The notes below the pieces were generated by a model. It was not told where the DNA came from, made no database searches, and saw nothing but the letters and a program-made list of their open reading frames with translations. Source: Halodesulfurarchaeum sp. (GTDB lineage: Archaea > Halobacteriota > Halobacteria > Halobacteriales > Halobacteriaceae). Taken from it: DNA of 64,000 nt. Below, one piece after another: positions 9,933 through 19,340 of this stretch; the stretch's first letter is position 1; each line of letters begins with the position of its first letter. A program made the translations under genes and the position numbers. The stretch is taken from contig JAXHNL010000001.1 of the NCBI GenBank assembly GCA_034520565.1, positions 64,001 through 128,000 of the forward strand, given 5' to 3'.

Positions 9933-10300
9933 GCTTCCACCCGGAGGGTTCCGGGTACCTCGCCGGAGTCGGTCCGGACCAAGACGTGGCGGCGCCGCGA
10001 TTTCTCGGCCGTCTCCGGAGGGTTTCCCCTGACCCAGGTCCGGCCGTCGGCTCGCAGAATCACGGCCACTCCATCGGGGAGATCCGCCGCTCGGGTCTCC
10101 AAACGTTCCGGAACGACGACCGGTCCTTCCGAGAGCGTCCCGAAGGCCGCATCCATCGTCGCATCGCTCACCTCGGGACCGGTGTTGAGTGCAACGCCCT
10201 CGAGGGTGGCCCCGTACAGCGACAGGCCGATCGCGAAAACGGCGAGAGCCAACAGCGCCGGGAGCGGCTCGACCTGCCCCCTACGCGCCGACGAGAACAC
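9929..10300 (-). CDS. Pilin-like protein with class III signal peptide
   Basis: MFSSARRG|QVEPLPALLALAVFAIGLSLY. Confidence 0.75.
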   Translation of the reverse strand: MFSSARRGQVEPLPALLALAVFAIGLSLYGATLEGVALNTGPEVSDATMDAAFGTLSEGPVVVPERLETRAADLPDGVAVILRADGRTWVRGNPPETAEKSRRRHVLVRTDSGEVPGTLRVEA

Positions 10301-10748
10301 CGCTCACCTCCCCGTAGTGGACCCATTTGATTCGCAACTGATCGCCGGCCTCCCGCCACTCGGGGGTGCGAGACCGGGTGCCCGATGCCGCCTTTCGAAA
10401 CGTCGCTGGACGCACGAAAACCGTCTCCGGGGGCTGTCCGTCGAGAACCAGTTCGAGCTTCGAGTCCGGTGGGACGGGGATGATTGTCCCATAGCGGATG
10501 TCCGCATGGGCGCTCCCGCCCGGCCCACGGAGTCCGATCCGGTCGGGACCGAGGCGAATCTCCTGGGCACGCAGTTCCAGCGTCGCTTCGCCACCGTGCT
10601 CGCTGACCGCCACCTCCTCGACGGCCGTCGCGGCCCGTTCTGCGTTCGGCGCGGCGGTCGGGACGCCAAGGACGACAGCCAGCATCGCGGCCGAGGCGAG
10701 GGTCAGGCCGACCCAGACCCACGTCGTCTCGGCGGGCAATCCGAACAT
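10281..10748 (-). CDS. Membrane-anchored accessory/pilin-like protein
   Basis: N-terminal hydrophobic helix WVWVGLTLASAAMLAVVLG; within the operon. Confidence 0.75.
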   Translation of the reverse strand: MFGLPAETTWVWVGLTLASAAMLAVVLGVPTAAPNAERAATAVEEVAVSEHGGEATLELRAQEIRLGPDRIGLRGPGGSAHADIRYGTIIPVPPDSKLELVLDGQPPETVFVRPATFRKAASGTRSRTPEWREAGDQLRIKWVHYGEVSGVLVGA

Positions 10749-10774
10749 GGGAGGAGGTGGTCCGGTGTTCCTAC

Positions 10775-12292
10775 TTAAACGTACACCAGCGTCCGGGCGG
10801 CGATGAAACTGAGCGGATAGACGACCGCCCCGACAGCGAGGGCGATACCGCTCTGGTATCCCATCCGGACCGGATCGAATCCCCGCTCGAGGACCACTGA
10901 CAGCGACGGAAGCACCGCTCCGAGGAGCAGGACGTAGATGCCGATAACCTGCCCGAGCGCGGCGACGTCGAGTGCCTGATCGGTGCCGTCGACCGCCCCC
11001 ATCCCGGTCGCAAGGGCCACAGTCACACCGGCAATGGCCGGGGCGAACACGACGGCGGTCTGTCGGAGCGTGCTGGTGGTCTGTGCGAGTTCCCGTCGAG
11101 CGGCCCGCTCCACGTCGAGGAGTTCGCCGAGATACTCACCGACTGCGTGCAGCGTCTCGCCACCCGGAGCGCCGTACTCGCCGGCAGTCATCGCGAGGGA
11201 GAGCCCTGCCCGGACGCGCTGTCTCGGGACGTCCGTCAAGAGTCCGTTTTCGGCAAGAAATACCGTTGCCATGGGCTCGCCGGATCGAGCCTGTCGAGTG
11301 GTGGCCCGGCCGAACAGGTCGCCCAGCGGACCGTCGAACCGCTCAGCAACCGACCCGATCGCGGTTTCGACGGGCTCGCCCTCGCCGAGTCGCTGCCCGA
11401 CGATCGACAGCGCGTCGGGAAGGCGAGCTTCGAGCCGGTCGAGACGTTCGACCTCCTCGAGGACGGGCTGAAGCCCGACGAGAAGGACGGTCCCAAGTCC
11501 GATTCCGACGGCGACGATCGGAATCACCCAGGCGGGCGCAAAGAAGTGGGCTGCCATCCCGCCGAATGCCGCCGCGCCCGCCCCAGTGCTGAGCGCATAT
11601 GCCGGCGATCTCGCGTGCTCGAGGAGGCCGACATCGAAGGCGGTGTCCGTCACGGCGGGTCGGCGTCCCCACAGCCAGAGGCCACTCCCGGCCAGTCCAA
11701 CCGGAATGAGCAGGTCGTAGACGATCCCGAGGGCGAGCGTCGAAACGCCGCCGCCCGAGGAAGCGAGGACGGGAAGCAGCCCGACCAACGCGAGCGGAAG
11801 CATCACACCGAACGCGTAGATCCCCATCGCCGGCCCGCGGATCGCCGCCGAAAATTCGACCACTCGTTCCCGAGCCCCTTCGAGCACCGCTTCAAGGGCC
11901 GCTTCGAGGGTTTCCCGTTGGCGGTCCTTCGGGGCGTCCATGGCCACGCCCATGAGCGTGACCGACCGCTTGAGCGAGCGGTCGAACGGAGCCCACTCGG
12001 CGGCGAAATCCCGAACGGCCCGCTCCCCGGAGACCGTCGCGAGTCGATGCGCACGGAGCGAGCGACTCAATCGCCCGTCGACAGCGTGTATGGCGAAGTC
12101 TGCCGCCCGTTCCAGGGAGGGCGTAAGGGTGAGCTGGAGAATCGCGAAGGCCAGGAGGTCGGGACCGGCCCCAACGGCCCGGCGGCGGCGGAACTGCGCC
12201 AGCCACGCCGCCAGGCGAGGGCTCAACACCGAAAGCGACAGCTCGTCCCTGAGCCACTGGATTCCCGCCGATACCGATCGCGTCTCAAGCAT
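10775..12292 (-). CDS. Type IV pilus/T2SS F-family membrane platform (PilC/TadC-like)
   Basis: Duplicated TM-plus-helical architecture, IYAFGVMLPLALVGLLP, LPDALSIVG; follows the ATPase. Confidence 0.8.
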   Translation of the reverse strand: MLETRSVSAGIQWLRDELSLSVLSPRLAAWLAQFRRRRAVGAGPDLLAFAILQLTLTPSLERAADFAIHAVDGRLSRSLRAHRLATVSGERAVRDFAAEWAPFDRSLKRSVTLMGVAMDAPKDRQRETLEAALEAVLEGARERVVEFSAAIRGPAMGIYAFGVMLPLALVGLLPVLASSGGGVSTLALGIVYDLLIPVGLAGSGLWLWGRRPAVTDTAFDVGLLEHARSPAYALSTGAGAAAFGGMAAHFFAPAWVIPIVAVGIGLGTVLLVGLQPVLEEVERLDRLEARLPDALSIVGQRLGEGEPVETAIGSVAERFDGPLGDLFGRATTRQARSGEPMATVFLAENGLLTDVPRQRVRAGLSLAMTAGEYGAPGGETLHAVGEYLGELLDVERAARRELAQTTSTLRQTAVVFAPAIAGVTVALATGMGAVDGTDQALDVAALGQVIGIYVLLLGAVLPSLSVVLERGFDPVRMGYQSGIALAVGAVVYPLSFIAARTLVYV

Positions 12293-14120
12293 CTGCGGCG
12301 GCCTCCCCGGGCGTTCGATCGCGCTGCAACGTCGTCGGTTCGAGTGACTCGGCCCGGGATTCGATCCGCGTCATCGTGTCAGCGTAGGTTTCTCCGGGCC
12401 GGGTGATCGAGGCCACGAATCGGCTGTTTCCCCGGGCAAGTCGGGGTGTCGGCTCGAGTCGAGTGCCGTCGTATTCGAACAGCGTGGCGCTTCCTCCGTC
12501 CGTGACCTCCTCGATCGTAACGACTCGCTTGCCGTCGGCCGTCGGGGCCAACGTGACGAGCAGGTCGGTGACTGCAAAGGAGGATTCGGGCACTCCGAGG
12601 TCGGCGACGACCCGTTCTTTCACCCCGTCGTAGCCCTCGCCGTGAATCGTCCCGATGACCGTGTCGCTGGCGGCGCCGACTCGCATCGCTTCGTACAGGA
12701 CCGACGCCTCCTCGCCGCGGACCTCCCCAATTGCAAGTGCTCCGTTCCCGAACCGGAGGGCCGTCCGAAGCGCCGTCGGCGGGTCGATCGCGCTCCCCGC
12801 GTCCGAAGCCGCTTCGAGGCGCTGAGCGTCCCGTCCAGCGTTCTGGAGTGCCCGAACGGGTAATTCAGGCGTGTCCTCGATTGCCAACAGCCGGGTTTCG
12901 GGATCGAGTTCCCAGAGCAACGCCGAGGTCATCGTCGTCTTGCCGGCCCCGCGTGGCCCGGCGACGAGCATCGCCGCCCCGCGGGCCATCCCGACCGAAA
13001 GCAGTCCGGCGGCGTGGGGGCCCAACGTGTCGTTTCCAACGAGTCGGGGCAGTCGCCAGCGGTCGGTTCCCTCGGCCCTAAGTGCGAACGCGTACCCGTC
13101 GCTTGCCGGTTCACGGACACCGGCCACCCGGATCGATTCGGCCTGGCCCACCCCGGAGAGTGACGCGTCGATCGTCGGCGCGGAGCGGGAGAACGCTCGT
13201 CCACTTTCCGTCCGCAGCCCGGCGGCAAGTCGGTCAGCCCCACGAGCGGTGAGCGTGACGTTGGTCGCGAGTTCTTCGCCGGGGAGTCGGACGAAAAGCG
13301 GGTTTTTCGTCGCCGGCGCGTTGACGAACACCTCCGAGACCTGCTCGTCGCTGAACAGGTCCTCGAAGACGCCGTAGCCTGCGGTGTGTTTCCGGAGCAC
13401 CTGCGTGAGGGTGTCGACCGGACAGTCCTGCCCCGCGACGGCCGAGACGGCCTCCCGGTGATCCGTCGGCGAGTCCGGGTCCGTACAGACGAGTTTCTCC
13501 CGTGCCGCCGCGAGTGTTTCAAGAGCGCCGTCATCGAGCGTGTACTCGAGGGGTTCGAGCTGGTAGACGGATCGGCCGTCGGGCCGGGCGTAGATGCGGA
13601 CGGTCGCGCCCGAACCGGTCACCCGGGAGGTACGAAGGATGCCGTCCGCGGGTGGCCGCGAGTCGAGGTAACTCGCGGTAATCGCCGGAATTCGCGCTGG
13701 ATCGAAGAGGGATCGGGAACCGCCAGTCTCCGATCCGAGTGCGGCGAATCCCGTGGTGTCGGCTACGTCTCCGACGAGCCCGGCTCGACCGCTGGCCTCC
13801 GCCGCGGCTGCCACCGGGTCCTCTCGAGCCAGGTCGACAAGGCGCTCGTCCCGGCCGGCGATTCGCGTGGCGAATTCGGCCGTGGCAACGAGGGCGGCGA
13901 CCGTTTCCTCGCGATAAACGCGGTCGACGCCGCCGGTGTGGACCCGAAGTTGGGAAACGGTCCCCGATTCGAGCGCCTCGAGGACCGTGCGCCGGCAGGC
14001 CGCACGCTCCGCGAGCCGCCCGTCAGCCGGACAGTCGGACGCGTCGACGAGGAGTGTCCCGTCGTCCACCGTCGGTTGGCACTGACATTCCGGCTCGGCC
14101 GCCGCGTTCTCCCCGAACAT
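12285..14120 (-). CDS. Type IV pilus assembly ATPase (PilB/CpaF/VirB11 family), motifs intact
   Basis: Walker A GPRGAGKTT, acidic box IEDTPEL, Walker B AIGEVRGEE, GTIH; Cys-rich N-terminus. Confidence 0.9.
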   Translation of the reverse strand: MFGENAAAEPECQCQPTVDDGTLLVDASDCPADGRLAERAACRRTVLEALESGTVSQLRVHTGGVDRVYREETVAALVATAEFATRIAGRDERLVDLAREDPVAAAAEASGRAGLVGDVADTTGFAALGSETGGSRSLFDPARIPAITASYLDSRPPADGILRTSRVTGSGATVRIYARPDGRSVYQLEPLEYTLDDGALETLAAAREKLVCTDPDSPTDHREAVSAVAGQDCPVDTLTQVLRKHTAGYGVFEDLFSDEQVSEVFVNAPATKNPLFVRLPGEELATNVTLTARGADRLAAGLRTESGRAFSRSAPTIDASLSGVGQAESIRVAGVREPASDGYAFALRAEGTDRWRLPRLVGNDTLGPHAAGLLSVGMARGAAMLVAGPRGAGKTTMTSALLWELDPETRLLAIEDTPELPVRALQNAGRDAQRLEAASDAGSAIDPPTALRTALRFGNGALAIGEVRGEEASVLYEAMRVGAASDTVIGTIHGEGYDGVKERVVADLGVPESSFAVTDLLVTLAPTADGKRVVTIEEVTDGGSATLFEYDGTRLEPTPRLARGNSRFVASITRPGETYADTMTRIESRAESLEPTTLQRDRTPGEAAADA

Positions 14121-14142
14121 GAACGGGCATGGCCCGACGTCC

Positions 14143-14618
14143 CTATTTGAACCCTCGGGTGACTTCGATGACCGCCGTGCCACCCACACGTCGGTAAGTG
14201 AAGGTGAGTTCGATCGGCTCGGTGACTGCCATCGATCCGTCCCACTGAACGGTCCCGTCCGAGCCCAGCGGCCTGACAGTCGGAGAGAGGTAGGTCCGAT
14301 CGGCTGGTTCACCGGGGATCCGCACCGTGAGGACACTGCCGTTTCGCGGGTTCGAGTCGGGAACTGGGCCGATGGTCAAGCTGGCATCGTCCGGCTGTGT
14401 TGGCGGCTCCACGGTAATACGACGGGTGGCACCGGGAACACCCGGTGGGACCGGATCGCTGTGCCGCACGATGGCCGCGGTCGCGGTCTCGATCTCCTCG
14501 ACGGTCCTCGAGAGTTCCGAGATCGGCCTCGGGCCCGCCGGGCGGCATCGATCGCAGGCATCGAGGCGGCGACGAGTACGGCCGCGAGGACGACGGCGAG
14601 CAGCAGCCGGACGCTCAT
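14143..14618 (-). CDS. Pilin-like protein of the pilus locus, apparent frameshift near 14525
   Basis: MSVRLLLAVVLAAVLVAASMPAIDAARRAR in one frame continues as ISELSRTVEEIE..DPVPPGVPGATRRITV in another; span 476 nt is not a multiple of 3. Confidence 0.65.
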
Positions 14619-15079
14619 CGGAGGGCTTTGAGCCGGTCGAAAATCCCTGTCTCCGCCGGTTCGGTTTCGGTCGCTTCGGCCGACCCTGTCGAATGAGCCC
14701 GCTGTCCTGACACATCCTTGGAAGCCTCGCCACCGGGGGTTGCGGTCGCAATCGGCGGTGGCGTCTTCGGGGCGGATTCGAGGCGTTCGACGGCCGCGAT
14801 CGCCGCGTTCGCACGACGCTCGACGCTCTCGTTGACGTGTTCGACGTTTCCGACGTAGCCCCGAAGCGCCCGCAGCCCAGCCTCGAGTTCGGCGATTTCG
14901 GCTTCGAGCGTCTCGACTCGCTCCACGAGTTCGGCAGTATCGGCTCCGCCAGACTTGCCGGACCCGCCAGCCGATTCGGCTGCAGTCACTCGAGGGGGTT
15001 CCTCCCCGGAAGTCCCCCGCTCGTCCAGCCGGCGCTCGAGTGCCGACAGTCGGTCGTCGATGGTCCGTCGTTCGGGCAT
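14615..15079 (-). CDS. Coiled-coil protein heading the pilus operon
   Basis: IDDRLSALERRL, ELEAGLRALRGYVGNVEHVNESVERRANAA, C-terminal GIFDRLKAL. Confidence 0.75.
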   Translation of the reverse strand: MPERRTIDDRLSALERRLDERGTSGEEPPRVTAAESAGGSGKSGGADTAELVERVETLEAEIAELEAGLRALRGYVGNVEHVNESVERRANAAIAAVERLESAPKTPPPIATATPGGEASKDVSGQRAHSTGSAEATETEPAETGIFDRLKALR

Positions 15080-15137
15080 CCCGGCGAAGTGGGCCGGCCA
15101 TTGCCCTTAAACGTCGGGGAGAAGACCGAAGCGGTCG

Positions 15138-16484
15138 TTACGCGAGGCTTTCGCCGTCGAATTCCCCCGCATCGACGTCGATTTCGAGCAGATCCAGAAT
15201 CGTCGGGGTGATGTCGAGCAGGTCGGTTTCGGGCGGAATCGTGATCTCGGGGTCGTCGATCAGGAGCGTCGCTTCGTCAAAGGTGTGCATCCCGTTTCGC
15301 GGCCCGGTGCCGAAGACCTCCCCGTGGCCCGAGAAGCCCGACTTCAGGTCGAACCCGTCGTTCGGAATCGCGACCAGGTCCGGGCCGATGTCGTCGTGGG
15401 CCCCGGAAAACGCGTCCTCCTTGGGAACCACCCGGTCGATAACCGACCGGCCTTCGGGGCCGGTGAGCGATTCGAGAGCGTCCGTGAGTTCGGCTCGGAC
15501 CTGCTCGTACTCGGATTCGGGGACCGATCCGCGGGGTTCCCGACCTTCGAGGTTGACGTAGAAGCGTCCCGGGATGAACGAGTACGCCGTCGTTTCGCTG
15601 TCGATGTCCGCCAGGTCTTCCGGCTCGTCGGTGGCATAGGAGAGCCAGCCCTCCTGCTCCAGCCAGGCGTTCAAGTGAACTTCGTAATCCAGGGTGGTAA
15701 ACCCGTGATCGCTCGCGACGACCATCGTCGTGTCCTCGGGAAGACTGTCGCGGATCGAGCCGAGGGATTCGTCGACGGATTCGTAGAAGTCGAGGAACGC
15801 CTCCTGATATTCGCCGTCCCGCTCGTAGTGCTCGAAGAGGAAGTGGTTCACCCGGTCGGTCGTCATAAAGACGCCGAAGAAGAGGTCCCAGTCGTCCTCC
15901 GCGAGGTATTTCTCGAAGGCCGCCGTCCTCGCGTCGAGAGTCTCGTGGGCGTCCTCGATGAACGCCGTTTTGTCCTCTTCGTGCCCCAGTTTCGCGTTCA
16001 CGTCGATACGGTAGCCCATCGATTCGAGGTCCGCGGCAAACGACTCGGGCAGGGCGGCTTTCTCGACGGAGGGCGACAGGAACCCCGAAACCATTCTTGT
16101 TGGCTCCCGGTCCGGCGGAAACGTCACGGGGACGTTCATGACGGTCGCGTCCCGCCCGGCCTCGTCGACGCGAGCCCAGAGCCGCGTGGACTGCACGTCG
16201 TTCCCCATCGGGACGTAGGTGTCATAGGAACCGACCTCGCGGTCCTGAAAACCGTACACGCCAGTTTTCCCGGGGTTCGTTCCCGTCGTCAGCGCGGGCC
16301 AACAGGCGCTCGATTCCGGCGGCACGATACTCCGCATCGGACCGCCGGCACCTTCCTCGGCCAGCGCAGTGAGGTTCGGGAACCGCTCCGGATTGTCCGC
16401 GATGAGCGACCACGGGACACCATCGATACCCAGAAACGCCACGCGCGGACCGTCGTCCCCGCGTAACCGATCGAACAGACCCAT
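15138..16484 (-). CDS. Alkaline phosphatase superfamily (type I phosphodiesterase/nucleotide pyrophosphatase) protein
   Basis: LGIDGV, PPESSACWPALTTGTNPG, DRVNH, VASDHGF, GMH. Confidence 0.9.
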   Translation of the reverse strand: MGLFDRLRGDDGPRVAFLGIDGVPWSLIADNPERFPNLTALAEEGAGGPMRSIVPPESSACWPALTTGTNPGKTGVYGFQDREVGSYDTYVPMGNDVQSTRLWARVDEAGRDATVMNVPVTFPPDREPTRMVSGFLSPSVEKAALPESFAADLESMGYRIDVNAKLGHEEDKTAFIEDAHETLDARTAAFEKYLAEDDWDLFFGVFMTTDRVNHFLFEHYERDGEYQEAFLDFYESVDESLGSIRDSLPEDTTMVVASDHGFTTLDYEVHLNAWLEQEGWLSYATDEPEDLADIDSETTAYSFIPGRFYVNLEGREPRGSVPESEYEQVRAELTDALESLTGPEGRSVIDRVVPKEDAFSGAHDDIGPDLVAIPNDGFDLKSGFSGHGEVFGTGPRNGMHTFDEATLLIDDPEITIPPETDLLDITPTILDLLEIDVDAGEFDGESLA

Positions 16485-16632
16485 ATCAGGCTGCTTCTAT
16501 CGCTTTCATCCCCAAGAAGGTTCGTATCCGCGGGCGCGGGTACGGGGAGAGTTTTTGAGCGGGCAGCGACGGCTACCCGTTCGGGACGGATACCGGGAAA
16601 CTGCTGAAAAGCGATCCAGAAAAAGCGGCTGG

Positions 16633-16761
16633 CTACTCACCGGGTGTCTCGAAATTCGAGTCCGCCTCGTCATCGGCGCGTTCGGACTCGATACCGGGTT
16701 CGAAGTTCGCCGGAACCACGGTCAAATGGCGGATTCCGACGCGGGTCGTTCGTGCAGCCAT
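16633..16761 (-). CDS. Putative 42-aa small protein
   Basis: MAARTTRVGIRHLTVVPANFEP with acidic tail; AT-rich element upstream. Confidence 0.45.
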   Translation of the reverse strand: MAARTTRVGIRHLTVVPANFEPGIESERADDEADSNFETPGE

Positions 16762-16887
16762 CACGGATCGGTCTATGCGAGGAGGCCACAAGAAATTACC
16801 CATACGCATAATACATGAGCTGTCCCACGGGTAATGTCTCCGGCTCATCAACGGAGTCGATCGGCGAAAAGCCGCGCCGCTCTCCAG

Positions 16888-17421
16888 TTACGCGAGTTTC
16901 TCCCGGTACAGTTCCTGGGAGTGCTCGATTGCTTCGAAGGCGGCCTCGCGGTCGTCCCAGCCGAGGGTCTCGACTTCCTTGCCCGGCTCGAGGTTCTTGT
17001 AGGTCTCGAAGAACTCCGCGACCTCGTCAAGTGTCTGTTGGGGGACGTCTTCGAGGTCCTCGAGGTGGTCATAACGGGGATCCTCGACCGGAACGGCCAG
17101 CACCTTGTCGTCCTGTTCGCCGTCGTCGTCCATCCGCATGAGTGCGATGGGACGGGCTTCGATGACACAGCCGGGGAAGGTCCGGTCCTCGACCAGGACG
17201 AGCACGTCGAGCGGATCGCCGTCGTCGTAGTGGGACCGGGGAATGAACCCGTAGTCACTGGGGTAGTGAACGTTGCTGTGGAGTACGCGGTCCAGCACCA
17301 CACCGGGAAGGTCCTTGTCGTACTCGTACTTGTTGCGTTCGCCCTTGAGACACTCGATGACGGCATATATCGTCTCCGGCGAGTTCGGTCCGGTCTCGAG
17401 GTCTTCGAACAGGTTCGTCAT
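16888..17421 (-). CDS. ppa: Inorganic pyrophosphatase
   Basis: KGERNKYEYDK, LDRVLHS, YPSDYGFIP, DGDPLDVLV, DDKVLAV. Confidence 0.97.
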   Translation of the reverse strand: MTNLFEDLETGPNSPETIYAVIECLKGERNKYEYDKDLPGVVLDRVLHSNVHYPSDYGFIPRSHYDDGDPLDVLVLVEDRTFPGCVIEARPIALMRMDDDGEQDDKVLAVPVEDPRYDHLEDLEDVPQQTLDEVAEFFETYKNLEPGKEVETLGWDDREAAFEAIEHSQELYREKLA

Positions 17422-17596
17422 GGTGACACCTGCAGTTCTCCGCCGCATAGATGTTTCGTCTTCCGTCAGTCGAAATGTGGTCCACGCGTTCGAGAGAGAT
17501 GGACTCGGGCCGACCATCGAGAAAGCACCCTGCGAGAGATTTCCACCCTCCACCCATTTGAGAAGCGTTAAATAAGACAGTAGCATTCGGCCACTC

Positions 17597-17947
17597 ATGT
17601 CAAAGGGACGCCGAGTTGCGGTCACAGCGGCACGAGACCTGACGGCCTTCCAGAAAAACATCCTCCGGGTTCTCGCCGAACAGCCCCGCTACGGGCTCGC
17701 GATCAAGCGCGAACTCGAGGCGTACTACGACGACGAAGTGAACCACGGTCGCCTGTATCCCAACCTCGACGACCTCGTCGATGCGGGATTCGTCGAAAAA
17801 AGCGCCCTCGATAAACGCACCAACGAGTACGGCCTGACCGAGGACGGCCTCGAAGCGGTCCGGGACGACCTGCGCTGGTCACTCGAACACTTCCTCACCG
17901 ACGCGGAACGCAACGAGTTCGTCGAATCGATCCTCGACGACGAATAA
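17597..17947 (+). CDS. PadR-family transcriptional regulator
   Basis: DLTAFQ..YGLAIKRELEAYY..VNHGRLYPNLDDLV..DKRTNEY. Confidence 0.9.
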   Translation: MSKGRRVAVTAARDLTAFQKNILRVLAEQPRYGLAIKRELEAYYDDEVNHGRLYPNLDDLVDAGFVEKSALDKRTNEYGLTEDGLEAVRDDLRWSLEHFLTDAERNEFVESILDDE

Positions 17948-18014
17948 CCCCTGCCGGAGCCGATTCTGACGCCGCGTTCCGTTTCGTGCTGTCGGGACTG
18001 GGACCGGGGTTTCC

Positions 18015-18575
18015 TCACCCGTCCCGTTCCAGTGGGAATGGTTCGCCAGCGACCGCGAACACTCGTTCGAGTGACGTCTCGACGGCGGCCGCTTCCGTAC
18101 CCGAGGGCCAGGCGTTCCGTGGAAAATACTCCGCGAGAAAGTCCTCGATTTCGACCGACGTCGCCGCCTCGATTCGGGCAGCGTGATGGTTGGCCATATA
18201 CGTTCCAAACGCCGCGGCGTTCGCCCCGTGTGTCTCGCCGAACTGCTCGGCAACCCGCTCGGCGAGGGCCTCGTTGTGTGCCTCGATAGCTGCCCAACTG
18301 TCCCCCTGGGGCAGGCTGTACAGGGGACCTTCGACCGCGTTTTCGGTCGATTCCAGGTGTTCCGGCTGGAAGGTTCCGTCCGCGAGCCAGTGATCGGGAT
18401 AGCAAACGAGCACCGGATCGGACTGGTCCTCGCGGACGCGGGCGGCGTATCCATAGCGGTCAAGGAGCGTGTCCCGGCGCTCTCGAATGGCTACCGGATC
18501 GGAGTGGGTCTCACGCCGGATCGTCCGGGTCATGGCCCGGACGGTTTCGAAAACCGAATCGGGGAGGTCAGGCAT
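18015..18575 (-). CDS. Conserved hypothetical protein (rnhA-linked)
   Basis: LVCYPDHW, HGANAAAFGTYMANH, EYFPRNAWP; overlaps rnhA stop. Confidence 0.75.
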   Translation of the reverse strand: MPDLPDSVFETVRAMTRTIRRETHSDPVAIRERRDTLLDRYGYAARVREDQSDPVLVCYPDHWLADGTFQPEHLESTENAVEGPLYSLPQGDSWAAIEAHNEALAERVAEQFGETHGANAAAFGTYMANHHAARIEAATSVEIEDFLAEYFPRNAWPSGTEAAAVETSLERVFAVAGEPFPLERDG

Positions 18576-19164
18576 CGTCAAGCGCTTCGTTCGCCAGTTC
18601 GTCGGCGCGTTCGTTCGTTTCTCGGGGGACGTGTTTGATCGCGTATTCCCCAAACTCCGAGAGCAATTCGTGGACTCGGACTCGATACTCCCGAAGGGTC
18701 GGATCGTTCGTGTTCCAGGCCCCGGAGACCTGCTTGACGATGAGTTCCGAGTCGCCTCGAATCTCGGCTTCGTCGTAGCCGTACCGAACGGCGACCTCGA
18801 GACCGCGAATTAGTGCCTCGTACTCGGCCTGGTTGTTCGTGGCGCGGCCGATCGTTTCACCCCCTTCGTCCACGATTCCGTCGCCGTCCACGAGAACCCA
18901 CCCGACGGCGGATGGGCCGGGATTCCCCCGACACGCACCGTCGAAGTAGACGTAAACACGGCCGCTACCGTCCGCGGCCAGCACGGAGGTGATATCGACC
19001 GGTCGTTTCCCTTGCACCACGAGGCTGTCCTCGTAAGCGACCGCGTGGGCCTCCCCGAGGTCCGCGTGGTATCGCTCGTGCTCGGTCTTTCCCGGCAAGA
19101 TGGTCGCTCCTGCGTCTTCCAGCTCCGCTCTTGCCGCCTCGACGTCGCACTCCAGGACCGGCAT
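18568..19164 (-). CDS. rnhA: Ribonuclease HI
   Basis: YFDGACRGNPGP, TNNQAEYEAL, GDSELIVKQ, HVPRETNERADELAN. Confidence 0.95.
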   Translation of the reverse strand: MPVLECDVEAARAELEDAGATILPGKTEHERYHADLGEAHAVAYEDSLVVQGKRPVDITSVLAADGSGRVYVYFDGACRGNPGPSAVGWVLVDGDGIVDEGGETIGRATNNQAEYEALIRGLEVAVRYGYDEAEIRGDSELIVKQVSGAWNTNDPTLREYRVRVHELLSEFGEYAIKHVPRETNERADELANEALDDA

Positions 19165-19340
19165 CGGTTCCGAATCGGCGACCGACACACAAGTAAGCGC
19201 CGGAACCCGAGAGCCGTTCAGCATCGGTACACGGATCGTTTCAGGGACAGCGAGTGTCGTTTCGCGATTCTGTCGCTCACCGGAGGTAACGACCGAGGCA
19301 ACGGGTTTATGAAGGTCGAGACTGCTACTATAAAAGTGCA

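Noticed and set aside
6040-12406. Long plus-strand ORFs (6040-7605, 8486-9640, 9549-10778, 11147-12406)
   Set aside because: Antisense shadows of real genes in GC-rich DNA; Arg/Ser-rich, not acidic, no motifs
6559-15079. Archaellum operon
   Set aside because: No archaellin or ArlH/ArlCDE/F/G-like genes; the architecture fits a pilus-type locus
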